Below, piece by piece: positions 27,786 through 41,884 of a DNA stretch of 64,000 nt; within the stretch, counting starts at the first letter, position 1, and each line of letters starts with the position of its first letter. This DNA comes from Trichoplax adhaerens (taxonomy: Eukaryota; Animalia; Placozoa): positions 8,045,880 to 8,109,879 of the forward strand of contig NW_002060947.1 of assembly GCF_000150275.1 (NCBI RefSeq), given 5' to 3'. The position numbers were made by a program, and so were the translations under genes. Below the pieces are notes generated by a model, which made no database searches, had not been told where the DNA came from, and worked only from the letters and a program-made list of their open reading frames with translations.

Positions 27786-29067
27786 CACGACAGTTGCTAT
27801 GCCACCGAAGGGAGATGACAGAATGGCAAATGTTGCCAATCGCCAATGTCTCGCGCTTACAGATTGAATGGATTACTGTTTCTTATAGATCTATATCTAA
27901 CCTTGCGAGTCTAATAATACCGAGTGTCCTTATACCTGTAAATTCTGTGTATCTCTTGGTGTTTTGAATCTGTCTTACAATAAAGCGCTCCTCTCCGACA
28001 CAGTCTCTTTGTGATAGAAGTCTCCTGAATATCTACTTTATAATATGACCAATGATGAGCAAATTGCCAATGAATACTTGGGTAATTTAATAATGGCTTT
28101 GCAAGAAACAATTATCTTAGCATATTTTAAAGGGTTAATTATTATCAAATAATATTAAAATAACGATTAGCATAGTACCAATAATGTTTTCCGCTGATGC
28201 CTAACTAAAGTCAATTAATTCCAGCTTCTTATTTTACTAGCCAATATCTCAAAAACGAAATTCAATTTCTTCGCTATCAAAGACACACTTATATTCATCA
28301 TATTTATGTAATTATCTTCATTATTATTTTATAATTTATTATATATGCCTCCACAGAACCTAATTTGTTCTTATAGGCTACCTCTTCTGAAATTTCTAGA
28401 ATTAATTTTCTAGAAATTAAGCTGATAAGCGTATAAAAGTAGAACGATGTAAACCTATCGAAATTTTTTGTTGGTAGTCGCATTTTTACTTTCAATTTCT
28501 TTCATTTTCAGAATTTGCTAGTTAACTATATTTCTCTAAGCGTTACTAAAGCAATATATCCATTAATTAATTATCACTTAATAGAAACGTCATTCAAAAC
28601 AAGTTCATACCATTTCAACATATTTTATTCTACGTTTAGAGCAATAAAATTGTTATGAAAGATTTAAAAATAAGATTATTACAGGAAATTGTTATCAGAA
28701 AAGGATATCAAAGTACTAGGGTTGCTATAAGATATTTTATGTAACGCACTTAGGATAGGACCTCTCCGTATGGTTAAAATTTCCTAAGGACATGGTCAGT
28801 AATCTATTTTAGCTAGGTCAATAACGTTCATTCTATCCCCTTCCATCGTATTGATAATATGTATGAATATTAGCGTACAGAGAACAATAAATTGTTATTA
28901 CTCGCACAGATTGCCATAAAGAAGAAACTTCAAGGACTAAATAATTCAAAATTAAATAGCATAAACAAAGAACCGTACTTAATTCTGGTATAAAAATAAT
29001 CATTTCAAAAATGGCTCAATAATTTCATTGCATTTTAAAATTAATTTTGCCAATTATAGATAATAAC

Positions 29068-32000
29068 TTATAATTCATCGCGATTACTTGAACTTTCGTC
29101 ATCAGCTTGTCCATCTTTTTCGTCTCCTGTTTGTGACTAATTTATTTCGATCAGATAAATTCAAGAATGGGATTAGTTATTATCTTTTAAGAAGTATACC
29201 AATAATTTAAGCAAAAATTGGGATAATTTGCAACAACTGTGGTAATATCATTATAATTTTTAGCCTACTTGCAAAGATATAACTATCAGAATAAATAAAC
29301 TATGCAATCTATTTATGTTTTTGCATTAATACACTTACTAAATCATCATCTTCAGATTCATCACTATTAGAAAGAGGTACAAATAATGATAGCTTTTCCG
29401 ATAGCTTGCTGTTGTTCTAATTTTAAATAGAAACATATTGACAAGATGTGAATAATCAGTGCTTTCTTACAGGGTTAAAATATTATTGGAGAAATGACTG
29501 CAATAACAGTATTCAGCAAATTCTTAAAGAATTTTAAAGGTAACCTCATCAGATATATTATTAATTTCTTCTGTTGTGATAATGCCATCTTTGTCAGTAT
29601 CTACTTTTGCAAATATCTAAGTAGTTTAATAAAATAGATTGCACCATGTGGATGTTACATAAGCTATAATCTGGCCATGCTGAAATATTAGAAAGAACTA
29701 CTGGAATACTTCATTCTCGTAAAATACCTCGATACAAAATCGTTTGGCCTGCTTCAATTCCTCTTCATCTGATTGCTCAGGTAGGCTCTAAGGAATAAAA
29801 ATGGAATTAAAAAAATACGCACAACATGTATCAAGCTTTTTCGATGATATTAGGGTTCTAGACTGCAACCTCCTGGTTAAATATTTTAAAATTCTAATTT
29901 TTAACCTGAATCCTGAATGGCACAATTTTAAAGGCTACAGCTAATTAGAATGATTCTTGTCAATTGAAAATGACATATCCAATTAGGCAATAACTTTTTA
30001 ATCATAAACTTAGCTGACAGAGAATAGCAAAAATGAACAGGGCGTCTACTTGATAAAATTAAGATTCTAAGATTTCCATTTTTAAGAGCTTTAAAGTAAT
30101 AATATTTTACTGTTAGTTACACTCTAATTTGATCGAAAATAAGTATCATCAGTAGCTAACGATGCCTGCAGTATCTTCAATAACTCAATTTTTCCTTAAG
30201 TAGTGAATAATTTTTACCACAAACATTGTTAACGGAATGAATGAATTTCAATGGTAATTTCTAATACTGTAATACTTCACGATTTAAATATATGAAGTTA
30301 ATAGATTGAGAAAATTAACGTTTAATGTTGAATCTTATTAAATTGTAATGTTCTCATTGATCAAGTTTAAAAGCATCCCAGTGATGGACGTTATTGAATA
30401 CGAACCATCGAAAGACTTTTTACAAGTGTCTTCAGATCATTTTTCTTCGCATCTTCGAAAAGCCACTTGAGATATTCCCTAAATCTACATATTAAATAAG
30501 TGAACATGTTTCAAAATTCGTCAATAGACAACCATGATAAACAAATTATACGATATAATTCAACTTTAGCCCGTTGTGAATCAATTTTACTATTTGACTC
30601 TCCGAACTTAATCTACTCCCTACTCGAGGTATTCATCATCTTCAGCTGGGTCTGTAAGCCCAGTAAAATTAGTTTCATTTAGAGTTTGCGAAACTTGCTG
30701 GACATCTTTGCATAAGCTTGCGTCATATGATTTTTCAGCAGGTAAAAACCAAGTATTTACGGCAATATTGCGATTATAAGATCGAACATGATGATACCTA
30801 TAGATAACGCCATTAGCAGCAACAGTTTTATAATTAGAGTTAGACTATACAAGAAAGAACAAATTATGATAAAATATCCTCCAGACTGTAACATTATATC
30901 GTCGATCCACGTAGCCTATAAAAACTAATAGACTGAAGTTTCTCATTGGTATAGGGAATCAGATAAATGCCCTTATTTATTCCAGTCCTGCTAAGCACAA
31001 ACCAAATTATCTACAAATATATGTAAATACGTCGCAAGCTATCGAAGATAGTAGAAAAATCTAGTATATAATTCAGTATTTAATCACAATACCATTTTTT
31101 GGTAAGTAAATAGCTCGAAATTGCAGAAAATGATGCTGTGAATTATAATAGTCAATGAGTGGAATAATGAAGCATATGCCTTACACTTGGTAACAACAAG
31201 GATAGGTATACGTATATTGGAAATTTCACTAAACTTTACAAAACCTCCATCAATGCATGCTCAGAGAATAGCATGAACTAAAGAATCAAGACTGGAAATA
31301 GAGCGTGGTAAAGAATTGAATATCCTAGTTTTACTTACCAAAAAACTGGGATGTATAAACAATCGCCAGGCTCCATATGGACATGTATGTAAGATACCTC
31401 GGCGAGCTTTGGAAACTTGTTCAAATCTACACTGAAATATTATAAGTTAAAGATGCATTTTCATTACTAGGAGTGCCATTTGCTATCTTACTAGCATTTA
31501 GATACTGGGTATGTCAATTGTAGAAATAATTGTGGATCTATTTGGATGGCTAATAATGCAAATATATATTATAAGACACTGTTTTAAATCCTTGATAGAA
31601 ACAATTAGCGCCTGCATTGTAGATTAGAAAATTTATAGCAACGTCCATAAAAGTCATTTCGATGTTTATTACGCTTAGAGACACACACAAAAAATAATTG
31701 TGAATACTACTTCTTATATAGACAAATGATTAATACTGATATCAATTATATATATTTAAGTACCATTACAAACCTAAGCTTAAAAGAATAGTACACATAT
31801 ATACAAGTATACAACATTGGACTCTTGTTATAACTGCTTTAAGAATATCATATTTCTTTGCTGTAATGATATCGCATATTTAGTAATAATTTCTATCCTT
31901 AAAGGATGCTCATGATACGTATTGTAGCCTTTTTAAATCGATAGATATAGAAGGGCTTTATATAAAGTGAGATTTTATAAGAAATGATAATACTTCTTAT

Positions 32001-35000
32001 TTTAATTTTGCAGACACTTAATTACATTGGGTCATAGTGCTATCTTACCTGTCTACATCAACATTGGAATAAGCACCTTTAGAAACTTCGATTAATTCCT
32101 TAAGAGCAAAATAGGAAATCAATGACCATAGTCAGCTTAAACGCTAAGAAAAAAGCTGCTATTGTTATTCCACTATATTGGTTCTATTTCATATTTTAAT
32201 AGGCAATAAAGCAATGGCTAGAATATTCCTAGGTTGCAGTGACTTAACGTACGCTAACGTAAAATTAAAGGCATTTTCATAATTGATAAACAAATCGATT
32301 ATTTGATGTTACCTCTCTCGGATAACTACTATTTATCATAACTAAATCTTTTGTACCACGAAATAAACAGTTGAGATTCTGGTACCCATCTGTATGTAGA
32401 ACAGACTTTGTTCCGCCACTGCTAAACCACATTACCTAAATTAGAACGCATGACATCAATTTCACATTATGGCTATTTGAAAAATTTATCCTAGAAAAGC
32501 TCGAGTACCTAGCTGTCATTGCTAACACTTACATCATCAGTCAGAGTAAATACTTGACATTGCAAGCAGGACGGCAGGTATACATCTTTTCTACAATATA
32601 GGTACAAAGATTACCATCGAAATTAAATTAATGGAAAATGAATAAAATTATACGTACAGAAAGCATAAAATATCGTTTAATTATGTACAATGCATAATCA
32701 TGGTTAAATTTTGAATGCACTTATAGCACACAATATCCACATGAAGTAGGAGAAGATTGCAATATACTATCGATTGAAATCATAATGGAGTCGTAATAAT
32801 GAACTGGATTTTAGCAACATGCTTAAAATCATTTGTGAAATACGGTAAATATCTTTCATGAGTCTATAGTCTATAAATAATTATAGTCCTTCTCTAGAAT
32901 AGCTTTAATTAATATTAAATGAGGGTAGACAGTCGTACTTTGTAAACCCAAATCATACTATAACCAAAAGAATAGATGGGAATTAATGATGGTGCGGGAA
33001 GACTTCATAAACTAGCTATCCTTTAGGCATAGTCACAGTAATTCATTGGATTCTTACGACAATGCTAAAATACTGCATGAAATAGGGTAGATATTATCTT
33101 ATTAGCATAGTAGTTAATCACTGTTATCCTACTCTAGAATGGCACTAATATTAAGTAAGAATGGACAGTAATTTACGTCAGATCGAAGTCAAATATAGCT
33201 GCAATGATAAAGTAGATTTAGTATGGCAAAGTCTATGGAATCATCTATAAATTAGCTACCCTTAAAGTCGTCAATTAAATACAGTAGATATTTTTACGTT
33301 AACCTATAGTCAATATTTATAGTCCTTCTCCAGAATGGCACTAAATGTTGACTAAAAATGGATGGTAGATTACTGCAGACTGAAGTCATAATATAGTAGT
33401 AATGACGGATCAGAATCAGTACGATAAAGTCTATGAAACAAGTTATTCTCAAAATCGTCTATCATATAAAGTAGATATATTTACATTGCCCTATCGTATA
33501 GTCAATAATTTAGTTCTTCTCTAGAATGGAATGGTACTAACGTTGAGTAAGAATGAATTGTAGTTTACTGCAGATTAAAGTCATAATATAGCTACAACGA
33601 CAGATCCGATTTAGTTTGGTAAAGTCTTTGAAATTAACTATGAACGAGCTATCCCTAAAATCCTTTATTAAATACTTTTTTTAATTTCACATTAAGCTAT
33701 AGTCAATAATTTTAGTTCTATTCTAGAATAGCATTGATGTTAAGTAAGAACGGACGGTAGTTTATTGCAGATATAGTCATAATATATGTAGTTAAAACGA
33801 CGAATTAGATTTAGTATGGTAAAATCTTTGAAATCATTTATGAACTAGCTATCCTTAAGATCGTCTATTAAATACACTAGTTATTTTTATTTTACCCTAT
33901 GTTAAGAAATTTAGTCCTAGTCTTGAATTTTACTAATTTTAAGTAAGGCCTAGCAGCAGTTTACTTTAGAACGAAATCGTAATAGAATTTCAACGATGGA
34001 ATAGATTTTGTAACATGTACGAGTATTTCTGAAATCATCTATGAGCTAGCTGTCTATCTTTCAAATCCCCTATCAAATACGGTCAATAACTTTGCATGAA
34101 CATAAAGTCAATCGTATTAATCCTTCTCTAAAATGATACTAATATTAAATTAAGAGTAGGTAGTAGTTTTCTTGGATCAATACCATCGTCTTGCAATAAA
34201 AAGGACTTGATTAAATAACCTTTTACTGAAATTATCTATAAACTAGCTGCCATTAAGACGTTACTAAACTCGAGCCATTTTAGGAGTTTTAGCAGAATAG
34301 ATAGAAATTTACTTCTGTCGAAAAAAGGTAAAATAATGATAGGTGTAAAATGTTACATGCTGTTTTGTTTAGCAGTAAGTAATAGCATTGATCGATTTGA
34401 TGTCAATTTTCGTTTTACGTAACAACAAGTGTTAGCTAATGGAAAACTATCTTAATGATTGAGGTTGGTTTTAACTTTGAGCGTTTGCTTAATTCGCTAT
34501 CAAAGCAATACAGCTAATTTCGGCCAAAATGGTTGCTATTACATTAACGAGAAACAAGTTCTAGGTAACAATATTCGCATGTAAGGATTTATTCAAGACC
34601 TATGGATTACCATAGAACTAGTGGATGAATCTACTGATCCATTTTCAGTAAATATCTCACAATCTAAGTCAACACCATACCATCAAGGAGAAACAATTTC
34701 TATACAACTGTTTTAATATTGAAACTAATCCCTAAAAAATGAAATCGAAGGGATATTTATCTGCTACTTTACCGAAATGGCTCTGGCACTTTATCGACCA
34801 TATATTCGTTAGTATTATTATAACGAAGTAGAAAATCTTTAAACGACATATCTTCAGGCATTATTGTACGATTTTCTTTTTTCCGTTGTTCAACACTGAT
34901 ATTAACATTAGCTGATTCTGGCTCAGCTAAGAAATAATCATCTGACCATAACTTAAAAGCGGGCGATGATTTGGCAGCATCTTTCATCAATAATGGCTTA

Positions 35001-35209
35001 TTTTTGTTGAGATACTCTTCAATAAAAATTTTTAACGATGGAAACCCATGACAAGATTCGATATCGGATGAAGGACCAGCGAAACCGATAGGTTTTAAAT
35101 GGCCAGGATGATTAGAGTAATCCACGGCCCAAACGCCATTCAGTATGGTGGAAATGAACAAGCAATAAGTTAAAAGGGTGACTATTTGAATTTCAAGGAT
35201 TATTTTCAT
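29068..35209 (-). CDS. JmjC (Cupin_8) 2OG/Fe(II) oxygenase + EF-hand, signal peptide, C-terminal RDEL; paralog A (11 exons)
   Basis: Hydrophobic signal peptide; JmjC-N motif NKPLLMKDAA...WSDDYF; VMWFSSGGTKSVLHTDGYQNLNCLFRGTK (HTD at 32388-32396); MEPGDCLYIPVFWYHHVRS..NIAVNTW; EF loop DTDKDGIITTEE; ends SSNRDEL* (TAA 29068-29070). Confidence 0.9.
32840..34270. repeat. Degenerate tandem repeat, ~7 copies of a ~190-240 bp unit, in intron 1 of JmjC paralog A
   Basis: Anchor (A/T)GT(C/T)CTTCTCTAGAAT(G/A)GC...AGTAAGAATGGA...GATTTAGTATGG.AAAGTCT...CTAGCTATCC recurs at ~32885, 33127, 33321, 33512, 33713, 33912 and 34120. Confidence 0.85.
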
Positions 35210-36669
35210 GGTGTTTAATCTAAGAAAAAGTAAATATATTGCGTTTTATGTTGATTTAATTTCACTTCCAAGATGGTTCATTAGTTTCCTCCTACTTAGG
35301 TCCTTCCTACGTGATCCAGTGAATCGCTTGCGATTTACAATTGTGCTTTATTTTAATACATGCTAATTTATGTTTTTGTCTTCATTCCTAATTAAATCAT
35401 TAATATGAAATAAGATCAAGAGAATACTATAGCGGAAACAATATAGGGCCGTACGCATCGGCGTCTTTCTGATGCTTCTCTTAAAGGGTACAGTAGACAC
35501 AATTAGCTAAGTTAACACCTTGTCTCTACTCTCAGAAGGTTGTTTTCTTCCTAGGCAATTTCCTTTAAAACGCTTAGTATGGCACTAGGCTCGAACTCCA
35601 TTCGTTCTATTCGAATCAAGATTATTTCTTATACGTTCAATATGATTACAGTTGTCGTCTGTCTATACTAGCAAATAATTTCTCAAGATTCTTCTGATTT
35701 TGAAATAGAAATAGAAAATGGTTACCTGCAGAACTATGATTAAGGGCTAGTGTGATAGTTCGCTTATTATAACTGTTATATCATCGCCTGTTTATACTTG
35801 CAGATAATTATTAATTTATGGCAGTCAGTCTAGTTAATTTTAAATTAGTTTAGGTTTACAAGATTTCAATTCAAAAGCTTCCATTGGATAGTAGTTTATG
35901 AAGTATCTAAAATCAATAGTTTATTCACAACTAAAAATAGAAAGTGATAAAGTTTATAATTTTGCACAGAGATAAACTTGAATAGTCTTTCTTGCATTGG
36001 ATAATGATAGCAAAATAGTTTGTTTAAAATAAATAAATTTTCATTTATTGGTCAACAAATTGATATTGTCCAGATCAATTTTATCTTTCAAATGGACTAA
36101 TTACTTCCTTGATCGAATGAAATCTTACAGCATATATTTTTATAATGAAATACATGAAAATAGCTGTGCTAAGAGGACTTCTTCAGCATTCAATAAATAT
36201 AAAATGAATATTGATCATTCGAGTTATCGTATTAAATAATTGATGCTTGAAAGGGATCCTTACAAAGATTCCAAGATTGCAGGATAGTCGATGTTTGATT
36301 TCCAAAAAACGATAATACTTATCCGAGAAGAAATTTAATTACATAAAACAATTGCATACATTGCCGCTTGATAGAATTTACAATAAATTATGCCAAATCG
36401 ATTTTACAATTAAGAATCAAGGTTACCCTCGTAAATTGCGATAGAATTACCTTTATAATATGCATTTGCCCAACTATGAGTCCAATTTTCATAGAAGATA
36501 CAGGCACGTAAACTTGCTGTCTCGCAGATTTTATATGAAATGGAACTCAATTGAATTTGCATTTAAAATTTTTTAAGTTTATCGAAATGAGCAGTCATAG
36601 AATTGCTATAAAAGATTGGGTAATCCTGTTGATGAAAGGCAACATTAGTTTACACTAATATGGTAGGGA

Positions 36670-39600
36670 CTAGAGCTCCTCGTGACCTTGCAAGTGATCG
36701 TTATTGACTTGATTTTCTCCATCTGGTTTTGATATCTAGATTCAATTGAAAGCAAAATAAATTTTTTGATTGGCATTAGCATCCAAAAGACAAATTTTAG
36801 AATTATTAGAGAATCCATAGTTATTATTACATTAGAAATTAGTCTACTATCAATTACAATTGGATCATCCTTCGATTTTCCGTCTTTTAGAATTTGCTTC
36901 GCGTCGTTGTCAGTTATAAGGTTGGATGCCATTTTGCCAATTTCCTCATCATCCTTTTCCACACAAAAAGATATGAAGAATCTCGTTCATTTTACGCAAA
37001 TAATTTTAAAATTGTTACTCCATATTTCTTGAATCATGACCCGAACCTGACTCGATATATTGTCTATTTCTTCTAAACTTAACTGGTTATCGCCATTTTT
37101 ATCAAGCTTTTTGAAGATCTAGTATTCAATAGTAAAATCTTTTATCAGCATTTATTTCAGCATTATCCAAGTCTACAGTGAATTATTATATGCAATGCAT
37201 CCAACCTTGCTAGAAATTTTAGCAACCTCTTTATATCGCTTTTCATCGTTTATACTAGTTAATCGAGCAGTCTCCTAAATGGAAATAATTGAACAGATTA
37301 TTTGATAGATATCAATCAAGTTTGCTCTAATTTCGTTGGAATAAGATTATAACGAGGATGATGCAAGAAGAAAATAAAATGTAAAAACTTTTTATCCCAC
37401 AGCATTAGGCACTGACTACTCACTTTTCGCATGTAGGTAATAAAAGCATCTAAGCCAATTTCGTCTTTATCGCCTAGTGAATCCAGGAAGAAATCCCTAA
37501 ATAATTATGTTTAGCAATTAATTGCGTATCCTTTCATTGATGAATTCAACTTTCCACGCCTTTATTATACTCGTATATTAAAATTTTTAGGATACAGTTT
37601 AGTGGCTAACCTACATTTTCAATTGACCATTTCTGCATACAAAACCGTATAACTATATAGTCTATCTACTCCTATTCCCCTTACGCAAAGCTGTTTTCTT
37701 GTGGCATTTCGTCTTCACGAACTTCATATTCTTCTTCAACCACTTCAGTATTTCCAAGAGAAGCATCATAATTGTTCATTCCAATAAATTGAAATTGATC
37801 AAGGGGGACATTTCTGTTAGGTTTGCTATTACAGGAGCTCAAGTTGATTGGTTGATCATAATGTTTAAACCAGACATTGACGGCTAAATTATAATTGAAC
37901 GACCGAACTTGATGATACCTACAACAAACCAATGTATTCTTACTTAACTAAACAGATTTAATATGACTGCTTCGTTTAGTTTAGCTACCATAAATAAGGA
38001 ATATAGAGACAATCTCCAGGCTCCATGTGAGCTTTCAGATATTGAACATCTGCTAATACTGGAAATTTATTCAGATCCACCCTAAGAAAATAGATAGCAA
38101 CTTTTACTCGATCGAAGCAGCCATAATTATTTATTTTAATATGAAGGACTGGTGATGAACATTATCGAGTAATTAGATAAGACAGAATACTGCAGTAAAA
38201 TGATAAATAGCCGGTCTTGAAGTATTTGGATTGGATTATCAATCTAAAGAAATGCATAGGATGCCTTTGATGGAATGCCTTACACTAGCTAGTACCTTTT
38301 TATTAAGCGATCACATTGGAAAAAGCTTATTATGAAATTATTTTAGCCTGTTAAATTGTATGGGTATTTTATGTATCAATCTATCAAAATAGGTAGACAG
38401 ACATACTGCCTTTCGATTGAAAGCCAACTACTATGACCGTTAGTTATTCTCTGATAATTAAAAAATTTAATTTCTTTAAATGTCTTGACGGAAAACAGAC
38501 TTGATACCCGATGTCATCTATAATTCTCATCTCATGCGAGACCATATATGATGTCTAAGTTAACTTCAATTCTTATTCCATATTTAAGTCAGTAAACTCG
38601 CTTGTAACTTTTTTCCACTATATTTGAAAGTAAATATGTGCAGGACTCAAAGCTAGTAACAACAATTTGTGTTTCTGTATTTTAACGTTAATATACGAGT
38701 ATCAATTTCACATACTGTTATAGAGTCTTTGCATATTCTGTAGGCCTTCATCAACTATATGCTACCGGTTTTGTGAATCATTTTATGTAGTATCAAATCA
38801 TCACCGTGTAAATGGTTGCTAAGTATCAGTATAAACGATTCATCAAATTTAATTTACCTGTCGACATCGACGCTGGAATAATGGCCCAGTTCAACGTCTA
38901 TGATATCCTAGAAAACATCAATATAGTTTAAACTCAAGCCTTAGTAAATTTTCAAAATTTACAAACTTAATTATGGATAGTATAGTACGTAGCATAAAGT
39001 CTTCAAGACAAGGTCTACTAAATCAATTTCCTGTCTAAAATCTCATTGTAAAATTTGTAGGTTGCGATAGAACAATAATGTATTCGAAATGGTTAGGAGA
39101 CCTCTCCTTTTACGCATATATAAATATTAATCGTTTTTCAATTAAGTAGGACTTTCAATAAACAGTAAATATGCTTGGAACTGTCGAAATGGCCATAGTT
39201 ACATAATCTTCAATTAAGATAGTAGTAGGGCTCCTGGCTATAATTGGGACTACTTACAGTTACAATATAGTCTTAAATTTAATGTCTTCATTCTTTCGAG
39301 GTTTCATAATTTAAGAAGACAGATAGAGTAAACTGTGAAGAATATTGTTAGCTCTGACTTACTTTTTCAGGATACGATTTATCAAATAGGATTAAATCTT
39401 TGGAACCACGGAATAAACAATTAAGGTTTTCCATACTATCTGTATGAAGAGTAGATTTTGTGCCGCCATTACTAAACCATAGGATCTAATTAGATGAACA
39501 GACATTATGAAAAATTAGCCTAGGATAAGATAAACTGCCTATGGTTTCGTTTAAAGCACCGATTGATATCTATTTCTGCATAGCAAATACAAGTCATGGA

Positions 39601-40889
39601 TACGCTTGGCAAGGTAAAGAGACTGCAAATTGTTATAAGAATTTCGAATTGACTTGTTATCTTAATGTAGTTATTGACTAATGAATCCAAAGCTGGCCTC
39701 AACACTTTTTAAATGATTCCAGCAAGACATTGATCCAATTAAACTAAATAGATAATGTTAGGAAATGTAATGAGTCTAATTAATAATTTAGCAAGATCGC
39801 TCTGAATTGACCTGAATCAAGTTGACTAGTTGCTATCATCAATCAATCTAATGAAACAGATCTTAACTGATTTAGTATGGTAAAAACACTGGAGTAATAT
39901 ATTCAATCTGTCCAAGATCTAATCTGAAATCACTTAATAAAGGTAAGGTTAACGGAGTTTATACAAAATTTGTTAAATCCCCTAATAAAGTAAACTCTAA
40001 ACTGATTCAAAAGTTTTGCTCTATACTGCTTAACTAGCCTGTTAGTTCCATTTCATATTAATCATCTACTACCGTTCTCTATATTTTATGTTGACATTCT
40101 ACGTATTATTAAGCTTCTATAAAATAAGATTATAAATTCTGTGTAGAAACTATAAGTTCATTCAATTCAAGCAGTTAAACGATCAATCCATGCTATTTTC
40201 ATACATACATCTTCAATGTAGTCAATGGCATCGCAAGATATGCATGCAGGCATGTAAACATCCTTCCTATAGATCCAGAAATGATTTAAATTAAAAATTA
40301 ATATACATAGTATATATCCAATAACATGATTTTGGCTGTTATTTGAAAATCACAGATCATATCAAAATATCTTCACATTAGCCTAAAGTTATTACGGTAG
40401 ATTTCGTTATGAAATCCTTCACTTTCGACAGATTTTGAAGTAACAAATTGCTTGGCAATGTTACCTTAAAAATGACGGCACCTTATCCACTAAATATTCT
40501 CTGGTTGTCTTGTATCGCGAGAGAAATTCTTTAAATGTCCCTGATGTGACATTTAATGCAAGGCTTTTATCTTTCGGTTGCTCTATTGCAACTTTTGAGT
40601 CAGAAATATCAGGAATAGATTGAAAGTAATCGTCAGACCACAGATTATAAGCTGGCGATAGTTTAGCAGCGCCTTTCATGACCAAAGGTTTACTTTTGTA
40701 ATAATATTCTTTGAAGAAGGTTTGTAACGATGGAAAACCACCATAATATTCAATGTCACTAATCGATCCTGCTAGGCCAAGGGGTTTTAAATGGCCTTGT
40801 CTATCTGAATAATCATCACAAGAAACTACAGACGTGAAAATAACAAGGTAAAAGGTGAAAGCTAAACGGAGTAAAAATGGATTAGCCAT
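36670..40889 (-). CDS. JmjC oxygenase + EF-hand, signal peptide, C-terminal HEEL; paralog B (11 exons)
   Basis: MANPFLLRLAFTFYLVIFTSVVSC signal peptide; ILWFSNGGTKSTLHTDSMENLNCLFRGSK (HTD 39438-39446); GDCLYIPYLWYHQVRSFNYNLAVNVWF; EF loop DKNGDNQLSLEE; last exon ISKPDGENQVNNDHLQGHEEL* (TAG 36670-36672). Confidence 0.9.
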
Positions 40890-41884
40890 CTCCACTTTGT
40901 TGAACTCATTTACTAAGCTCTTCTCCTACAGATTATTCATAAATAGACTTACTTATGGGCATAACAATCACTTGAATCACAAATCGTCTACTTTAAAACC
41001 CAATTATTGTCAATATAGACAATAGACTTGTCAATAAAGATACTGTTTAATTAGATCAGGCTTAACAATTAACCTTGTAGGCACCGCCATTGTGAATTCT
41101 TTTACCACAACAAGTTGTCACGTATAACTGCAGCGAAATAGAGAATATCAAAGTACGAGCATAAACTGAGATTTAAAATCGACAGTAAAAGGTGCCAGAG
41201 TTATTTTGAGAAGTATGTGTCATCAAGCCTAAATCAATTCTAGATTTAAAAGTAGCCCTGCTAGATTATAAATCCTGACGAAATGATAGATGGCAAGCTA
41301 AAATTTTATTAAAATGATAGTATCATCCGTAACATATCAACAAAAACCTGCAGCCTCCTTACTGAATTGCAGTAAGATTGAGAGAGGACAAGTTCTAATT
41401 AAGGACAGATTCTTATGCATCGATAAAGATGTGCACGTACAAACATATATATATACAAATAATTAACGAAAACTAAATATAATCAATTCATAGGATTAAA
41501 CAGTAATCCTAAGGGCAAAAGGACAGATCCTATGTTATAAATAAATTAGAATAGGCTTGGCTCTATGACCTCTGCTATGGTATCATGCTACTCAATGAAA
41601 TGATGAAATTGAGTCTAGCAGTTACATTATAGCAAGAAATAGAGAATTCTTATAATGAAATTTTCTCATAGCTGAAATAAATAGTCAAAACATGATAGCA
41701 ATTTCAAGGCTGTCTTACTGTATTTCGTTATTATTTTACATAGAGTATCACGAATAAATTAAAGGGACAATCAATTAGCAACAAAGCAGGCTGAGAAATA
41801 GATGATTCACTTCTTCTCAATTTTAATTATATTATGGTCTAATGAAGATTATGTTAGAGCCAATCTAAATTTGCAAAAAATTAA

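Noticed and set aside
26626-27967. ORFs of 67-173 aa over the tandem array
   Set aside because: They are by-products of a GC-rich repeat; frames shift between units and there is no recognisable domain.
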